Positions 8,485-18,651 are shown, numbered from the stretch's first letter. The stretch is DNA of 64,000 bases from an uncultured delta proteobacterium (GCA_903911145.1 CAIWCD010000014.1:186001-250000); one strand, 5' to 3'. Notes: a model not told the origin generated them from the letters alone. A program made the numbers and translations.

Positions 8485-9608
8485 TATAGAACCTCGATCT
8501 CTGCATCAAGCGCGCCAGCGGCCTGCAGCGCCTGGAGGATGGCGATCAGATCGCGCGGTGTGGCGCCGAGGCTGCCGAGCGCGCGCACCAGCTCGTCGAC
8601 CGTGGTGGTCGCGGGAACGCCGATCGGCCTGCCGGGCGCTTCGGTGGCGGTCACCTGCGCGACCTCGGCTCGCACAGTCCGGCCCGTGGTGAACGGATTG
8701 GGCTGAGAGACCAGCGGCTGGCTGGCGATATTCACTGTCAGGCCGCCATGCGCGACCATCGCGGGGCGCAGCCGGACGTGCTCGCCCGCCACGACTGTGC
8801 CCGTGCGCTCGCTGACCACCACCTTCGCGTGCTCATCCGATTCGACTTCGAGCGTTTCGATCTGGGCGAGCAGGGTGACTGCGTCGAGTGGCGTCTTGGG
8901 CTTGATCTCGACCGCGGCGGGATCGAGAGCACGCGCAGTGCCGTCGCCGAGCTTGCCGCTGACCACTGTGGCGATGCGGCTCGCCGTCGTCGCGTCGGGG
9001 TGGCGCAGCTCGAGGATGATCGGGCCCGCGGCAAGATCGACCGAGACTTCCCGTTCAACCGCCGCGCCGTCGGGAACACGGCCCGAGTTGGGCTGGTTCT
9101 TTCTCGACGAGGAGCCGGCCGAGCCTGCTTCGTATCCGCCGACCTGCACGGGACCTTGCGCGACTGCGTAGACCTGTCCGTCGGGGCCGGTGAGCGGCGT
9201 GATCAGGAGGACGCCGCCTGCGAGCGAGCGCGCGTCTCCGAGCGATGCGACAGAGACATCGATGCGCGTGCCGGGCCGAGCGAAGGTCTGCAGGCGCGCG
9301 GTCACCATCACCGCCGCGACGTTGCGCACGCGAATATCCTTGCTCGAGAGCCGTGTGCCGAATCGTCCGAGCATGCCGGCGAGGGCCTGCTGGGTGAAGC
9401 CCGTCTGCTCCGTGTCTCCGCTGCCGTTCAAGCCGACGACGAGGCCGTAGCCGAACAGCTCGTTCGAGCGCACGCCCTGCACATCGACGAGATCCTTCAG
9501 GCGAGCCGTCGCGCCCGCGTGCACCGCTGGCGACGCGATGATCGACAGTGAGAGCAGCGCTGCGAGGCCGCGGAAGGAGTGGGTCGTGAAGCTCGAAGTC
9601 TTGCGCAT
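8484..9608 (-). CDS. flgI: P-ring protein FlgI
   Basis: RLKDLVDVQGVRSNELFGYGLVVGLNGSGD, NVAAVMVTA, ERTGTVV, LQALQAAGALDAEI. Start 9608 or 9632. Confidence 0.97.
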   Translation of the reverse strand: MRKTSSFTTHSFRGLAALLSLSIIASPAVHAGATARLKDLVDVQGVRSNELFGYGLVVGLNGSGDTEQTGFTQQALAGMLGRFGTRLSSKDIRVRNVAAVMVTARLQTFARPGTRIDVSVASLGDARSLAGGVLLITPLTGPDGQVYAVAQGPVQVGGYEAGSAGSSSRKNQPNSGRVPDGAAVEREVSVDLAAGPIILELRHPDATTASRIATVVSGKLGDGTARALDPAAVEIKPKTPLDAVTLLAQIETLEVESDEHAKVVVSERTGTVVAGEHVRLRPAMVAHGGLTVNIASQPLVSQPNPFTTGRTVRAEVAQVTATEAPGRPIGVPATTTVDELVRALGSLGATPRDLIAILQALQAAGALDAEIEVL

Positions 9609-9619
9609 GTCACGCTCCA

Positions 9620-10336
9620 CTAGAAGGGCCACAGCCAGCCGAGGTGCCGTGCGAACCAGCCCTGGCGCTGGTTGTCGGAGAGATCTCCGCGGCCAGTGAA
9701 CTCAATCTCAGCATCTGCAACTTGTGTGCTCTTGATCGAGTTGTCCTGCTCGATGTCGATCGGCCGGATGACTCCCGAGATGTAGAAGTGCTGCTCCTCG
9801 CTGTTGACGAGCACGACGCGGTGGCCCTCGATGAAGAGGTTCCCGTTGGGCAGCACCTTGCGGACCAGGCTGGGCACGGTCGCGATGAAATGCTCGCTGC
9901 GGGAGCTCGCGCCGTCGCCGCGGAAGGTCGTGTCGGTGTTCGCCGTCACCCCGACCGAGCCTTCGAATGCGGGGACCGCCTGTCCGGCCTTCTTGAGGAA
10001 TGCGTCGATGGCGATGGTCGCGTCAGATGCGCGCGACAGATCTGTGTTCGAGGTCCGGTTCGCGTCAGCAATCTCTTCGATCTTGATGACGACGAGATCG
10101 TTCTCGCGCAGCGCGCGCGCGTCGGTGAAGAGCATCGATGCGGCGCGGCCGTCGCGCCAGAGGCTGCCAGGCGAGGACTGCTCGACGCTCTTGGTGTCCA
10201 TCGGCGGGAGCTGGTAGTCGCGATGTTTCTCGGGCGCCGAAATGATGTGCGGCGCCGCGCAGGATGCCGTGACTGCAGCGAGCAGACCCGCGCCCAGCAA
10301 GGCCTTGCGGTGGATCGTCGCCGTTCTCGCGCTCAT
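9620..10336 (-). CDS. flgH: L-ring lipoprotein FlgH
   Basis: Lipobox TASC, PGSLW, LFTDARA, VLPNGNLFIEG, SGVIRPIDI, terminal WPF. Confidence 0.96.
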   Translation of the reverse strand: MSARTATIHRKALLGAGLLAAVTASCAAPHIISAPEKHRDYQLPPMDTKSVEQSSPGSLWRDGRAASMLFTDARALRENDLVVIKIEEIADANRTSNTDLSRASDATIAIDAFLKKAGQAVPAFEGSVGVTANTDTTFRGDGASSRSEHFIATVPSLVRKVLPNGNLFIEGHRVVLVNSEEQHFYISGVIRPIDIEQDNSIKSTQVADAEIEFTGRGDLSDNQRQGWFARHLGWLWPF

Positions 10337-11091
10337 GGGGCCTCCACGAGGATGACGCCGTTTTCAAAGCGCCCCTCGACGCGCTTGCCCGACGCCACCG
10401 TGGCGCAGGCGTGCTCGATGCCGCTCGAGTCGTTGCAGCGGGAGATGAGCCCGTTCTCCTCGAGGGAGAGGGCGCCCGCGCGCAGGATGACGCGCACGGG
10501 ATTGCCAGGCGTGAGGCCGGGCGTCCGGAAAAGCTGCGGGTCGACCAGCTGGCCTGCGGAGAGCGAGCGACTGGCGACCACGCCGACGGGCAGCGCGGTG
10601 ATCGGCGTCTCGCCATGGGCGATCTCGCGGCGGACCATGCGGACCGCGCCCTCGAGCGGCGTGCCTTCGCGGATCGGCCGCGTCGAGATGAGCGCGTCGG
10701 TGACGACATGCACATCGACGAATGCGTAGGCGCTGCAAGGGCGGCCGTTGTTGCCGCGACCGCTGACCCGCAGCGCGGCTGTGCCGGACGCGACGATCGG
10801 CGCGGAGAGTTCGGCGCTCTCGACCTTGCAACCGCTCACGGCGCGGTAACGCGAGCCCGTGACCTGCGAAGACGGGAAGGGGGCCGCGCGTTGCAGCTCG
10901 TCCGCCACCACAGCGGGCAGCACCTCGACCGCGCCTCGCATCGGCTCGCCGATCGCGACGATCTTTTGTGTACCAATGATTGGTGTACCAACGATTCGGC
11001 CGGTCGGCTCGCCGGCCCGCGCAGGCGTCGCGCAGAAGAGCGCGATCCCAGCGACGACCAGCGTGACGACGATGGAGTGTTTCGCGCGCAT
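10333..11091 (-). CDS. flgA: P-ring assembly chaperone FlgA
   Basis: Signal peptide, SAF-like TRPIREG segment, position between flgG and flgH. Confidence 0.8.
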   Translation of the reverse strand: MRAKHSIVVTLVVAGIALFCATPARAGEPTGRIVGTPIIGTQKIVAIGEPMRGAVEVLPAVVADELQRAAPFPSSQVTGSRYRAVSGCKVESAELSAPIVASGTAALRVSGRGNNGRPCSAYAFVDVHVVTDALISTRPIREGTPLEGAVRMVRREIAHGETPITALPVGVVASRSLSAGQLVDPQLFRTPGLTPGNPVRVILRAGALSLEENGLISRCNDSSGIEHACATVASGKRVEGRFENGVILVEAP

Positions 11092-11094
11092 TCG

Positions 11095-11880
11095 CTACCT
11101 CAGTGACGTCAGCTTCTGGAGCATCTCGTTGCCGGCTTCGACGACCTTCGAGTTCAGTTCGTAGGCGCGCTGGGTGGTGATCATGTCGATCATCTCGTCC
11201 ACCGCTGTGACATTCGAGCCCTCGGTGTAACCCTGCGCGAGCGTGCCCGCGTTCTGGTCGCCCGGCTTGAGGTTGAGCGGATCGCCCGAGGCCTGCGTCT
11301 GGCCGAGCAGGTTGTTTCCCAGGTTGGTGAGGCCCGCCGGATTCACGAACGTCGAGAGCTCGATGGTGCCGAGCTCCTGCGGCGTCGAAGTGCCGGCGAC
11401 CTGCGCCGTGACCGTTCCATCGCCGGCGATCGTCAGCTGCGTCGTCCCTGCGGGAACGTTGATGCCAGGCTGGAGGATCTCGCCGTGCTGCGTGACCATC
11501 TTGCCGGTCGCGTCGACGCGAAAGTTTCCCGCGCGGGTGAAGGCCATCGTGCCGTTCGGCTGCTGGACGCGGAAGAAGCCGTCGCCCTGGATCGCGACGT
11601 CGGTCTGGTTGTTCGTGTTCGTCAGGTCTCCCTGCTTCATCGAGCGGGACGTCGCCGCCGAGCGCACGCCGAGGCCGACCTGCAGCGCGACCGGCTGCGA
11701 TCCTCCCTGCGGACTCGGCCCCTGCGAGGCGTGCATCGTCTCCGAGAGCAGATCTTCGAACTCGGCGCGCTCCTTCTTGAACCCGATCGTCCCCGCGTTG
11801 GCGAGGTTGTTCGAGATCACGTCCATCTTCAATTCTTGAGCGGCCATTCCACTGGCGGCAGTGCTGAGTGCTCGAAGCAT
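11095..11880 (-). CDS. flgG: Distal rod protein FlgG
   Basis: MLRALSTAASGMAAQ, SNNLANAGTIGFKK, DVAIQGDGFF, EGSNV, QRAYELNSK. True start 11880, inside the longer 11095-12831 ORF. Confidence 0.96.
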   Translation of the reverse strand: MLRALSTAASGMAAQELKMDVISNNLANAGTIGFKKERAEFEDLLSETMHASQGPSPQGGSQPVALQVGLGVRSAATSRSMKQGDLTNTNNQTDVAIQGDGFFRVQQPNGTMAFTRAGNFRVDATGKMVTQHGEILQPGINVPAGTTQLTIAGDGTVTAQVAGTSTPQELGTIELSTFVNPAGLTNLGNNLLGQTQASGDPLNLKPGDQNAGTLAQGYTEGSNVTAVDEMIDMITTQRAYELNSKVVEAGNEMLQKLTSLR

Positions 11881-11912
11881 CGAAAGTCTCCGTTTCCTAA
11901 GAAGGTCGTGCG

Positions 11913-12623
11913 TCAGCGAACGCGGCCGAGCTGGTTCGAGGTGTCGCCGAGATGTTTGTAGGTCTCGATGGCCTGCATCGAGGAGTCGAAGGAGCGCTGT
12001 GCCGAGACGAGCTCGACCGCGCTGTCGAGGGCCGAGTGATTGCCGGTCTCGACTGATCCGATCGCCAATTTCCCGTCGACAGGAGTGGCAGAGCTCGTTC
12101 CATCGTTCGCGGGCGCGAGCACGCTGGGGCCGAGCCGCTGCGCGTCTCCGTTGATCTGGAAGAGGGCGATGCGGTTCACCTCTCGGCCGTCGGCCATCAC
12201 TTGTCCGGTCGGCGTGATCTGCACCGCAGCATCGCGCGGGACCTGGATCGACTCGCCATTCTGCGAGAGGACTGCGAGGCCTGCCGTGCGCAGCGTCCCG
12301 TCCGCGTCGATCGACATCCGGCCATCGCGCGTGAGTCCGACGGCGCCACCCTGAGATTGGACGCCGATGAACGCGCCGTTCTCGGGGAGCACGTCGAGAG
12401 GATTGCCCGTGTTGGCGACAGGGCCGGGCCGCAGGTCGGGAGTGTTTGCCGTGGCGCTCGCGAAGGCGTACGGGCTGCTCGCCTCGGCGAGCACAGAGGA
12501 GAAGACGGGCGTCGACCCCTTGAATCCCGGGGTCTGCGCGTTCGCCAGGTTGTCGGCGATCGAGTCGAGTTGCGTGGTCCGCGCGCTCGCTCCTGCCATG
12601 CTGACGTAGATGCCGTTCGACAT
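11913..12623 (-). CDS. flgF: Proximal rod protein FlgF
   Basis: MSNGIY, ADNLANAQTPGFK, TGNPLDV, TRDG, AQRSFD. Confidence 0.92.
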   Translation of the reverse strand: MSNGIYVSMAGASARTTQLDSIADNLANAQTPGFKGSTPVFSSVLAEASSPYAFASATANTPDLRPGPVANTGNPLDVLPENGAFIGVQSQGGAVGLTRDGRMSIDADGTLRTAGLAVLSQNGESIQVPRDAAVQITPTGQVMADGREVNRIALFQINGDAQRLGPSVLAPANDGTSSATPVDGKLAIGSVETGNHSALDSAVELVSAQRSFDSSMQAIETYKHLGDTSNQLGRVR

Positions 12624-12649
12624 TCTGGCCTCCTTTCACCAAGCGATAG

Positions 12650-12665
12650 AGCAAGCCCTTTGCCA
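12650..12665 (-). promoter_or_regulatory. sigma54 promoter of the flgF operon
   Basis: TGGCAAAGGGCTTGCT = GG-N10-GC, near consensus, 27 bp upstream of the ATG. Confidence 0.8.
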
Positions 12666-12788
12666 GCCGCGATCGCGCTCCTCCTGCGCTGCTCGCGCAC
12701 TCGGAACAATCGAGGGGTTTGCGACTGTTGTGCCGTCTGCGCCGCTCTCGAGGTCCCTCTTGCGCCGAGCGCTCCGCGCAGCCCGCAA

Positions 12789-12816
12789 GCGATTTCACTG
12801 ACGTCACACGCATGGC
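12789..12816. promoter_or_regulatory. Candidate activator (enhancer) boxes upstream of the flgF promoter
   Basis: GCGA-N6-TGAC abutting GTCA-N6-TGGC (12803-12816), which creates a TGACGTCA junction. Confidence 0.55.
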
Positions 12817-13011
12817 GATCTTCGTGATCATCTGACGCCGCCGCGCTCACGAGAGGTCACATGATCGGGGTGATGCAGTTGCTCTTGATTGGCCACACAG
12901 GCCGGCGGGAGCCCGATCTCCAGAGCCGCGCGGAGCCGCGCAGCAAGCCCCAGCGCGGGCTTGCGAGCAGCGAGCACGACTCTGGAGATCGGGTCCGCGG
13001 CCGATCACCCA

Positions 13012-13040
13012 CTAAAGAGGTCCGCACATTGCACCGATGA
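13012..13040 (+). promoter_or_regulatory. Candidate sigma28 promoter of fliJ
   Basis: CTAAAGA-N14-ACCGATGA ending 7 nt before the ATG. Confidence 0.6.
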
Positions 13041-13047
13041 GCTGTGC

Positions 13048-13476
13048 ATGAGTGCCATCCACACCAGACTTGATGCGTTCCTCCGCGTCGTCGAACTCGA
13101 TGAGCAGGAGGCGACCGCTGTGCACGCGGGCGCGCTGCGGGAGCTGTTTGCCTCGCGGACCCGCACCGAGGAGATCCGCGACGAGCTTCGGCGTGAACGC
13201 CAGGCGCGCGGTCGGATCGACGAGTGGGTCGTCGTCGAGCTGCAGCAGCAGCGACTCGTCGAAGCTCTGCGCGCGAGCGAGGAGCGCACCAAGCGTGCCG
13301 AGCAGCTCGAGCAGGAGAAACGGCACGAGCTCTCGATTGCGCACCGCAAGGCCGAATCGATTCGCCGCGCCATCGAGCGGCTGCGTGGAGAGCAGGCGCG
13401 CGAGTTGACTCGTAAGGAGATGCAGGAGCTCGACGCGATCGCGATCTCGCGATTCCACCGCTCGGCAACGGGCTAA
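13048..13476 (+). CDS. fliJ: Flagellar export protein FliJ (inverted relative to the cluster)
   Basis: 142-aa coiled coil with RLDAFLRVVELDEQEA N-terminus and RKEMQELDAIA C-terminus typical of FliJ. No other fliJ is seen next to fliI. Confidence 0.75.
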   Translation: MSAIHTRLDAFLRVVELDEQEATAVHAGALRELFASRTRTEEIRDELRRERQARGRIDEWVVVELQQQRLVEALRASEERTKRAEQLEQEKRHELSIAHRKAESIRRAIERLRGEQARELTRKEMQELDAIAISRFHRSATG

Positions 13477-13594
13477 CGGCGCGCCAGAAACTCATCGCGC
13501 CACGACCGGCGAGAAGCGCCACGCGCAGTGAGATTCGCTGCTGCTGGATGAGACTGGAGTGAAGCGTCCTGGCGCGAGGCTTGACGTCGCGCAG

Positions 13595-14320
13595 CTACGC
13601 TGCGTCTTCCTTTTCGCTGCGCTTCTCGTTCAGCGCGCCGCGGAGCAGGGCGACCGCTTCGGCGTGCAGCTGGCAGACGCGCGGCTCGCTCACGCTCAGC
13701 ATGTGCGCGATCTCGCGGTAGGTGCAGCCTTCGACATAGTGAAGGGCAAGCACGGTCTGGAGCCGCTCAGGCAGCGCCGAGATCTTCACGGTCAGCCGCG
13801 CGGCCTCCTGCTTGCGCTGCGTCTGCTCTTCGGGACCTGGCTCGTCGTCGACCTTCGCGACATCGAGATCGAGCTCGGCCAGCGGCATCGCGGCCCCTTC
13901 GATCTCGGCCATCTCCTCGAGCGTCACACCGCACGCGCGCGCGACTTCCGCGTCGTCCGCGGGGCGTCCCTTCTCCTGCGCGAGCTTCTTGCGCGCCTGC
14001 GCGACCGCGTCACTCTTCTCGCGCATGCGCCGCGGAAGGTGATCCATCCGACGCAGCTCATCGAGCATCGCGCCGCGCACGCGATGCTCCGCGAACGTAG
14101 TGAACCGCACACCGCGGCCACCCTCGAAGCGCCGAGCCGCATCGATGAGCCCGAGCGCGCCGACCGACCAGAGATCATCCGCGAGCTGCGGCGCCCCCGC
14201 CTTCGCAGCGATGCGGCGCGCGCAGCGATCGATCATCGCCGCGTGCTCTCGCACGAGAGCGCCGTCGTCGGTCGGTGCCGATCCATAAATGGCGTGGGCT
14301 CGATGCATCGCTGCGCTCAT
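13595..14320 (-). CDS. fliA: Flagellar sigma factor sigma28
   Basis: DDLWSVGALGLIDAARRF, RVRGAMLDELRRMD, SEPRVCQLH. Confidence 0.95.
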   Translation of the reverse strand: MSAAMHRAHAIYGSAPTDDGALVREHAAMIDRCARRIAAKAGAPQLADDLWSVGALGLIDAARRFEGGRGVRFTTFAEHRVRGAMLDELRRMDHLPRRMREKSDAVAQARKKLAQEKGRPADDAEVARACGVTLEEMAEIEGAAMPLAELDLDVAKVDDEPGPEEQTQRKQEAARLTVKISALPERLQTVLALHYVEGCTYREIAHMLSVSEPRVCQLHAEAVALLRGALNEKRSEKEDAA

Positions 14321-15210
14321 GGGTGGAGAGGGGACTCGCGAAACAGCCGCTGCCAGAGAAACTTGATTCCCCCATCGACCGGCGCCGGGGCCGGCTCGTC
14401 GAACAGCTTCGACGCCACGTTCGCCAGCGCGCGTGTCGAGGGCGAGGCAGGATAGAGCTCGACCAGCGGCCGCTGCGCCATGGCTGCGCGGTGCACATTC
14501 TCGTCGCGCGGGAGATAGCCGACCCAGCGCATGTTCGCAGAGAGGAAACGATCGGTGACCTGCGTGAGCTTGGCGAAGAGGTCGCGCGCCTGCGCCTCGC
14601 CAGAAACCTGGTTCACCACGACGTTGAAGTGGCGCACGCCCGCCTGCTGCACGAGCACCTTGACGGCCGCGTAGGCGTCGGTGAACGAGGTCGGCTCGGG
14701 AGTGACGACGAGCAGCGCCTCCTGCGCGGCGCTCGTAAAGAAGAGCACGTTCTCGCCAATGCCGGCGCCGTTGTCGACGAGCACCAGGTCGAAGCGATCC
14801 TCGAGTTCATCGAGCGCGGTGACGAGCCGGAGCTTCTGCGCATTGTCGAGCCGCGTGAGCCCCTGGATGCCCGAGCCGGCGGGCAGCACGTGAATTCCGT
14901 ACGGACCCTCCGCGAGTATTTGATCGATCGTCTGGGAACCCTCGAGCAGGTGGCCGAGGTGGTAGCGCGGCTTGATGCCGTAGAGGATCTCGACGTTCGC
15001 GAGCCCGAGGTCCGCGTCGATCACCAGCACGCGATGGCCCTTCTTGGCCGCGAGCACGCCGAGGTTCGCGGCGATCTGCGTCTTGCCGACGCCGCCTTTC
15101 CCACTGCAGATGCCGATCACGCGCAGCGGCGGAGGGGTCGCGGCGACCATCTGGCGCAGGCTGCTCGCCTGATCGATGTGCGGTCCCGTCGGGTCTTCAA
15201 ATCCGGTCAT
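14317..15210 (-). CDS. flhG: MinD-like ATPase FlhG/FleN
   Basis: SGKGGVGKT, DADLGLAN, TPEPTSFTDAYA; follows flhF. Confidence 0.93.
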   Translation of the reverse strand: MTGFEDPTGPHIDQASSLRQMVAATPPPLRVIGICSGKGGVGKTQIAANLGVLAAKKGHRVLVIDADLGLANVEILYGIKPRYHLGHLLEGSQTIDQILAEGPYGIHVLPAGSGIQGLTRLDNAQKLRLVTALDELEDRFDLVLVDNGAGIGENVLFFTSAAQEALLVVTPEPTSFTDAYAAVKVLVQQAGVRHFNVVVNQVSGEAQARDLFAKLTQVTDRFLSANMRWVGYLPRDENVHRAAMAQRPLVELYPASPSTRALANVASKLFDEPAPAPVDGGIKFLWQRLFRESPLHP

Positions 15211-16513
15211 TGTTCCAGCTCCCAAGCACCAGGTCGACGAGGTCGGCCCGGGTGACGGCGTGGATGTCTTCGGGCACTCGTTGCCCATTGCAAACGCAGC
15301 TTACCGGGACACCGAGCCCAGTGGCAGCAGATAGCAAAGCGCCAGGAGCCACTGCTTCGTCAACCTTCGTGATCACAAGTCGGTCCGGACGCAGCGGCGA
15401 GTATCGCTCGGCGATGGCCGCGAGGTCACGCGATCCGCTGGTTGCGCTCGCGACGAGATGCAGCTCCACGTCAGGCACAGAGCGGACGAGCTCGACCTGC
15501 CGCTGCAGCTGATCAGGCGACGAGCGGCCAGCGGTGTCGATGAGGATCAGCTCGCAGCGCGCGCAGCGCTCGATGGCCGCTGCGAGCTCCTTCGCGTTCT
15601 TGGCGACGAAGGCGGGCACGTCCATGATCTCACCGTAACGGGCGAGCTGCTCGCTGGCGCCGATTCGATAGGTGTCGACCGTGATGAGGCCGACGCGGCG
15701 GTTGCCCTCCATCAGGGCGCGTGCGGCGACCTTGGCGAGCGTGGTCGTCTTGCCGACGCCGGTGGGTCCGACGAACGCGAGCGTGTGACGGCCTCCGCGA
15801 AGCCAGGGCGCGCGGTCGGCGGTCAGGCGGTTCGCGAGGGGCGTGCGGATCGCCTCGAGAATCGCGGCCGGCTCCTGCGCCGCTCCGCTCGCGAGGGCTG
15901 CACGAACGAGCAGCGCCGCTGTTGACGCGTCAATTCCATACGACAGAAGCTTGGCGTTTGCTTCTGACGCGGCGGGCGCGAGCTGCGTCTCAGCCCCAGC
16001 ACGTCCCTGGGCAGAGAAGGTGCTGAGCATTGCGCGCGCTTCGTCGAGAGCAGCACGCAGGTCGCGCACCTCGTCGTGCCACTCGCTGAAGCTCCCTCCC
16101 CGTGCGGCCTGGCGCTCACCTGCGCGCTGGGAGGGCAGAGCGAATCCGGGCTCATTGGTGAAAGCCGGCTCCTCGACAGGGGCAGGCGGCGGCGTGTAGC
16201 GCGGCTTCGCCTCAGGCCGCTGAACTGCTGGCGCCCCGCGAGAGTCATACGCTGCAGTGAACGACTGGGTCGAAGGCGGCGGCATCTGCATCTGCGCCGC
16301 AGTGCCACTGCGCGCCGCCTGCTTGCCTGCAGTGGCCGCAGCCTGGGCGTCGTCGAGGGCGGCCATCACCTCGAACTCGGCCTTGCGGAAGAGCGTGCCG
16401 GGAACTTCGCGCGCCTGGAGAATGACCGCGTCGGGACCGAAGGCGCCGCGCACCAGCGCGAGGGCTTCGCGGACGCTCGCTGCTCGGAAGGTGCGGATGG
16501 TCGAGTGACTCAT
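15197..16513 (-). CDS. flhF: SRP-type GTPase FlhF
   Basis: RTFRAASVREAL...FGPDAVIL, GPTGVGKTTT, DTYRIGA, DTAGR, TKVDE, GQRVPEDI. Confidence 0.95.
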   Translation of the reverse strand: MSHSTIRTFRAASVREALALVRGAFGPDAVILQAREVPGTLFRKAEFEVMAALDDAQAAATAGKQAARSGTAAQMQMPPPSTQSFTAAYDSRGAPAVQRPEAKPRYTPPPAPVEEPAFTNEPGFALPSQRAGERQAARGGSFSEWHDEVRDLRAALDEARAMLSTFSAQGRAGAETQLAPAASEANAKLLSYGIDASTAALLVRAALASGAAQEPAAILEAIRTPLANRLTADRAPWLRGGRHTLAFVGPTGVGKTTTLAKVAARALMEGNRRVGLITVDTYRIGASEQLARYGEIMDVPAFVAKNAKELAAAIERCARCELILIDTAGRSSPDQLQRQVELVRSVPDVELHLVASATSGSRDLAAIAERYSPLRPDRLVITKVDEAVAPGALLSAATGLGVPVSCVCNGQRVPEDIHAVTRADLVDLVLGSWNNDRI

Positions 16514-16569
16514 CGTCTTGTTCTCCCAATCAATGCGTTACCGAAAGTTGGAACGGTTCGCCAGTTTCG

Positions 16570-18651
16570 TTAACGAGCTATCTGCAAACTCCCTGCCGGT
16601 TCCACGGTGGTGCCCGGAAGGAGTTCACGTGCGCTGACCACCCACAGGTCGGGTGTGAACCGATGTGCAAAATCGAAGATGGGCCGGCGCAGGTCGGGCG
16701 GCGAGAGCAGCACGGCTGCGTGTCCCGCGGTCGCCAGGGCCGATGCGCGCGCCTCGAGCTGTGCGAGCAGACCCTTGGCGAGAGTCAGATCGGGCGAGAG
16801 CTGGGCCTCGCCGTCGCTCTGGACCAGCGACGCGCGCAACTGCTCCTCGACCGGCCGGTCGAGCGTGATGGCGCGCACCACGCCTGCTTCGTCTGCAAGC
16901 CGCGTCGTGATCTGACGCGCCAGGCGCCGGCGAGACTGCTCGACGAGGAATCCGACGTCCTTGCTGCGCGGCGCCGCATCCGAGACCGCTTCGAGAATCG
17001 TGCGCATGTCTCGGATGGAGACTCCTTCGCGCAACAGGCCACGCAGCACGCGCACCAGCTCTCCGAGAGACACCGCGCCCGGCACCGCTTCTTCGACGAG
17101 CTTCGGCGCCTCCTTCGCGACGGTGCCCATGAGCTCCTGCGCCTCCTGCCGACCGAGCAGCTCCCAGGCCGACTTCTTCAGCAGCTCCGAGAGATGCGTG
17201 GTGAGAACGGACGCGGGATCGACCAGCGTCAAGCCCTTGCCCTCGGCGGTCGCGCGCTCGCTCGGCCGGATCCAGACGGCGGGAAGACCGAACGCCGGCT
17301 CCTTCGCGGGCATCCCGTCCATGGTGGGCGCGGCTCCGCGCGGATCGAGTGCCATCAGGCGATCCGCGTAGGCGATGCCGCGACCGATCTCGAGGCCGCG
17401 CAGCATCACGCGATAGTCGAACTGGCCGAGCCGGAGATTGTCGCGCAGGTGGACGGACGGCAGCACGACGCCGAGATCCTGCGCGAGCTGCTTGCGCAGC
17501 GCGACCACGCGGCCCGGCAACTCGCCGCCCTTGGCGAGATCGATGAGCGGCAAGAGTCCCACGCCGATCTGCAGCTCGAGCGGCTCGACCGCGAGGACGT
17601 CGGCCATGCGCTCGGGCTTGAGCGCTTCCTCGTCCTTCTTCTTTCGCTCGGCGGCCTTCTTGTCGAGCGACGGCTTCCCCGCGTTGCGCGCGAGCACGAA
17701 GGCACCGCCCGCGAGTCCGAGGAACGCGACCGTGGGCATGCCGGGCAAGAGCGCGAGAGCCGTGAAGACGCCCGCGCCTGCCTTGAGCACCAGCGCGTTG
17801 CCGAACAGCTGCGAGCCGACCTGCCCGCCGAGCGCCTCGCCCGCACCGGCGCGCGTGACGACCATACCGGCCGCGGTCGAGATGAGCAGCGCAGGGATCT
17901 GCTGCACGAGGCCGTCGCCGATGGTCAGGAGGGTATAGGTCTCTGCTGCGTTGGCGAGCGTGAGGTGATCGCGCGTGAGGCCCGTGATGAGGCCGCCGAT
18001 GATGTTGATGAGCGTGATGGCGACGCCCGCCATCGCGTCTCCGCGGACGAACTTGCTGGCACCGTCCATCGCTCCGTAAAATTCAGTCTCGCGCTCGAGC
18101 CCCTGGCGGCGCGCCTTCGCTTCTCGATCGTCGATGAGGCCGGCAGCGAGGTCGGCGTCGATCGACATCTGCTTGCCGGGCAACGCGTCCAACGTGAAGC
18201 GGGCCGAGACTTCTGCGATGCGGCCTGCTCCTTTGGTGATGACCGCGAAGTTCACGACCAACAAGATCAAGAACACGACGGCGCCGACGATGAGCGAGCC
18301 GCCGACTGCGAATCGGCCGAACGTTTCGATCAGGTGGCCGGCCGCCTGCGGACCTTCGCTGCCATGGAGGAGGATCAGACGGGTGGTCGCGACGCTCAAG
18401 CCCAGTCGGAAGAGCGTCGTGATCAGGAGCAGGGAAGGGAAGACCGAGAAGTCGAGCGGCCTCGCCAGGGACAGCGAGACGAGGAGCATCAGGACCGCGA
18501 CGCCGACGCTGAACGCGAGGAGCAGGTCGAGCGCGGGCGCGGGCAGCGGCAGAATCAGGATCGCCAGCACGCCGAGGACGGCGAGCGGCATCACCATGTC
18601 GATGTTGCGTCCTGTCCCCGTGCTGCCGATGGCGTCGCTGGCGGCGCTCAT
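16570..18651 (-). CDS. flhA: Export gate protein FlhA
   Basis: ARFTLDALPGKQMSIDADL, FYGAMDGASKFVRGDA, EPAFGLPAVWI. True start ATG 18651 overlaps the flhB stop. Confidence 0.97.
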   Translation of the reverse strand: MSAASDAIGSTGTGRNIDMVMPLAVLGVLAILILPLPAPALDLLLAFSVGVAVLMLLVSLSLARPLDFSVFPSLLLITTLFRLGLSVATTRLILLHGSEGPQAAGHLIETFGRFAVGGSLIVGAVVFLILLVVNFAVITKGAGRIAEVSARFTLDALPGKQMSIDADLAAGLIDDREAKARRQGLERETEFYGAMDGASKFVRGDAMAGVAITLINIIGGLITGLTRDHLTLANAAETYTLLTIGDGLVQQIPALLISTAAGMVVTRAGAGEALGGQVGSQLFGNALVLKAGAGVFTALALLPGMPTVAFLGLAGGAFVLARNAGKPSLDKKAAERKKKDEEALKPERMADVLAVEPLELQIGVGLLPLIDLAKGGELPGRVVALRKQLAQDLGVVLPSVHLRDNLRLGQFDYRVMLRGLEIGRGIAYADRLMALDPRGAAPTMDGMPAKEPAFGLPAVWIRPSERATAEGKGLTLVDPASVLTTHLSELLKKSAWELLGRQEAQELMGTVAKEAPKLVEEAVPGAVSLGELVRVLRGLLREGVSIRDMRTILEAVSDAAPRSKDVGFLVEQSRRRLARQITTRLADEAGVVRAITLDRPVEEQLRASLVQSDGEAQLSPDLTLAKGLLAQLEARASALATAGHAAVLLSPPDLRRPIFDFAHRFTPDLWVVSARELLPGTTVEPAGSLQIAR

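Noticed and set aside
11104..11111. TGACGTCA at the flgG 3' end
   Set aside because: Lies in coding sequence, is not part of a GTCA-N6-TGRC box, and no sigma54 promoter is evident downstream.
11881..12831. Apparent 578-aa FlgG with a long N-terminal extension
   Set aside because: The extension overlaps flgF in another frame; FlgG homology starts at ATG 11880.
12868..12883. GGGTGATGCAGTTGCT as a plus-strand sigma54 promoter for fliJ
   Set aside because: Spacing fits but the -24 element lacks TGGCA; too weak to call.
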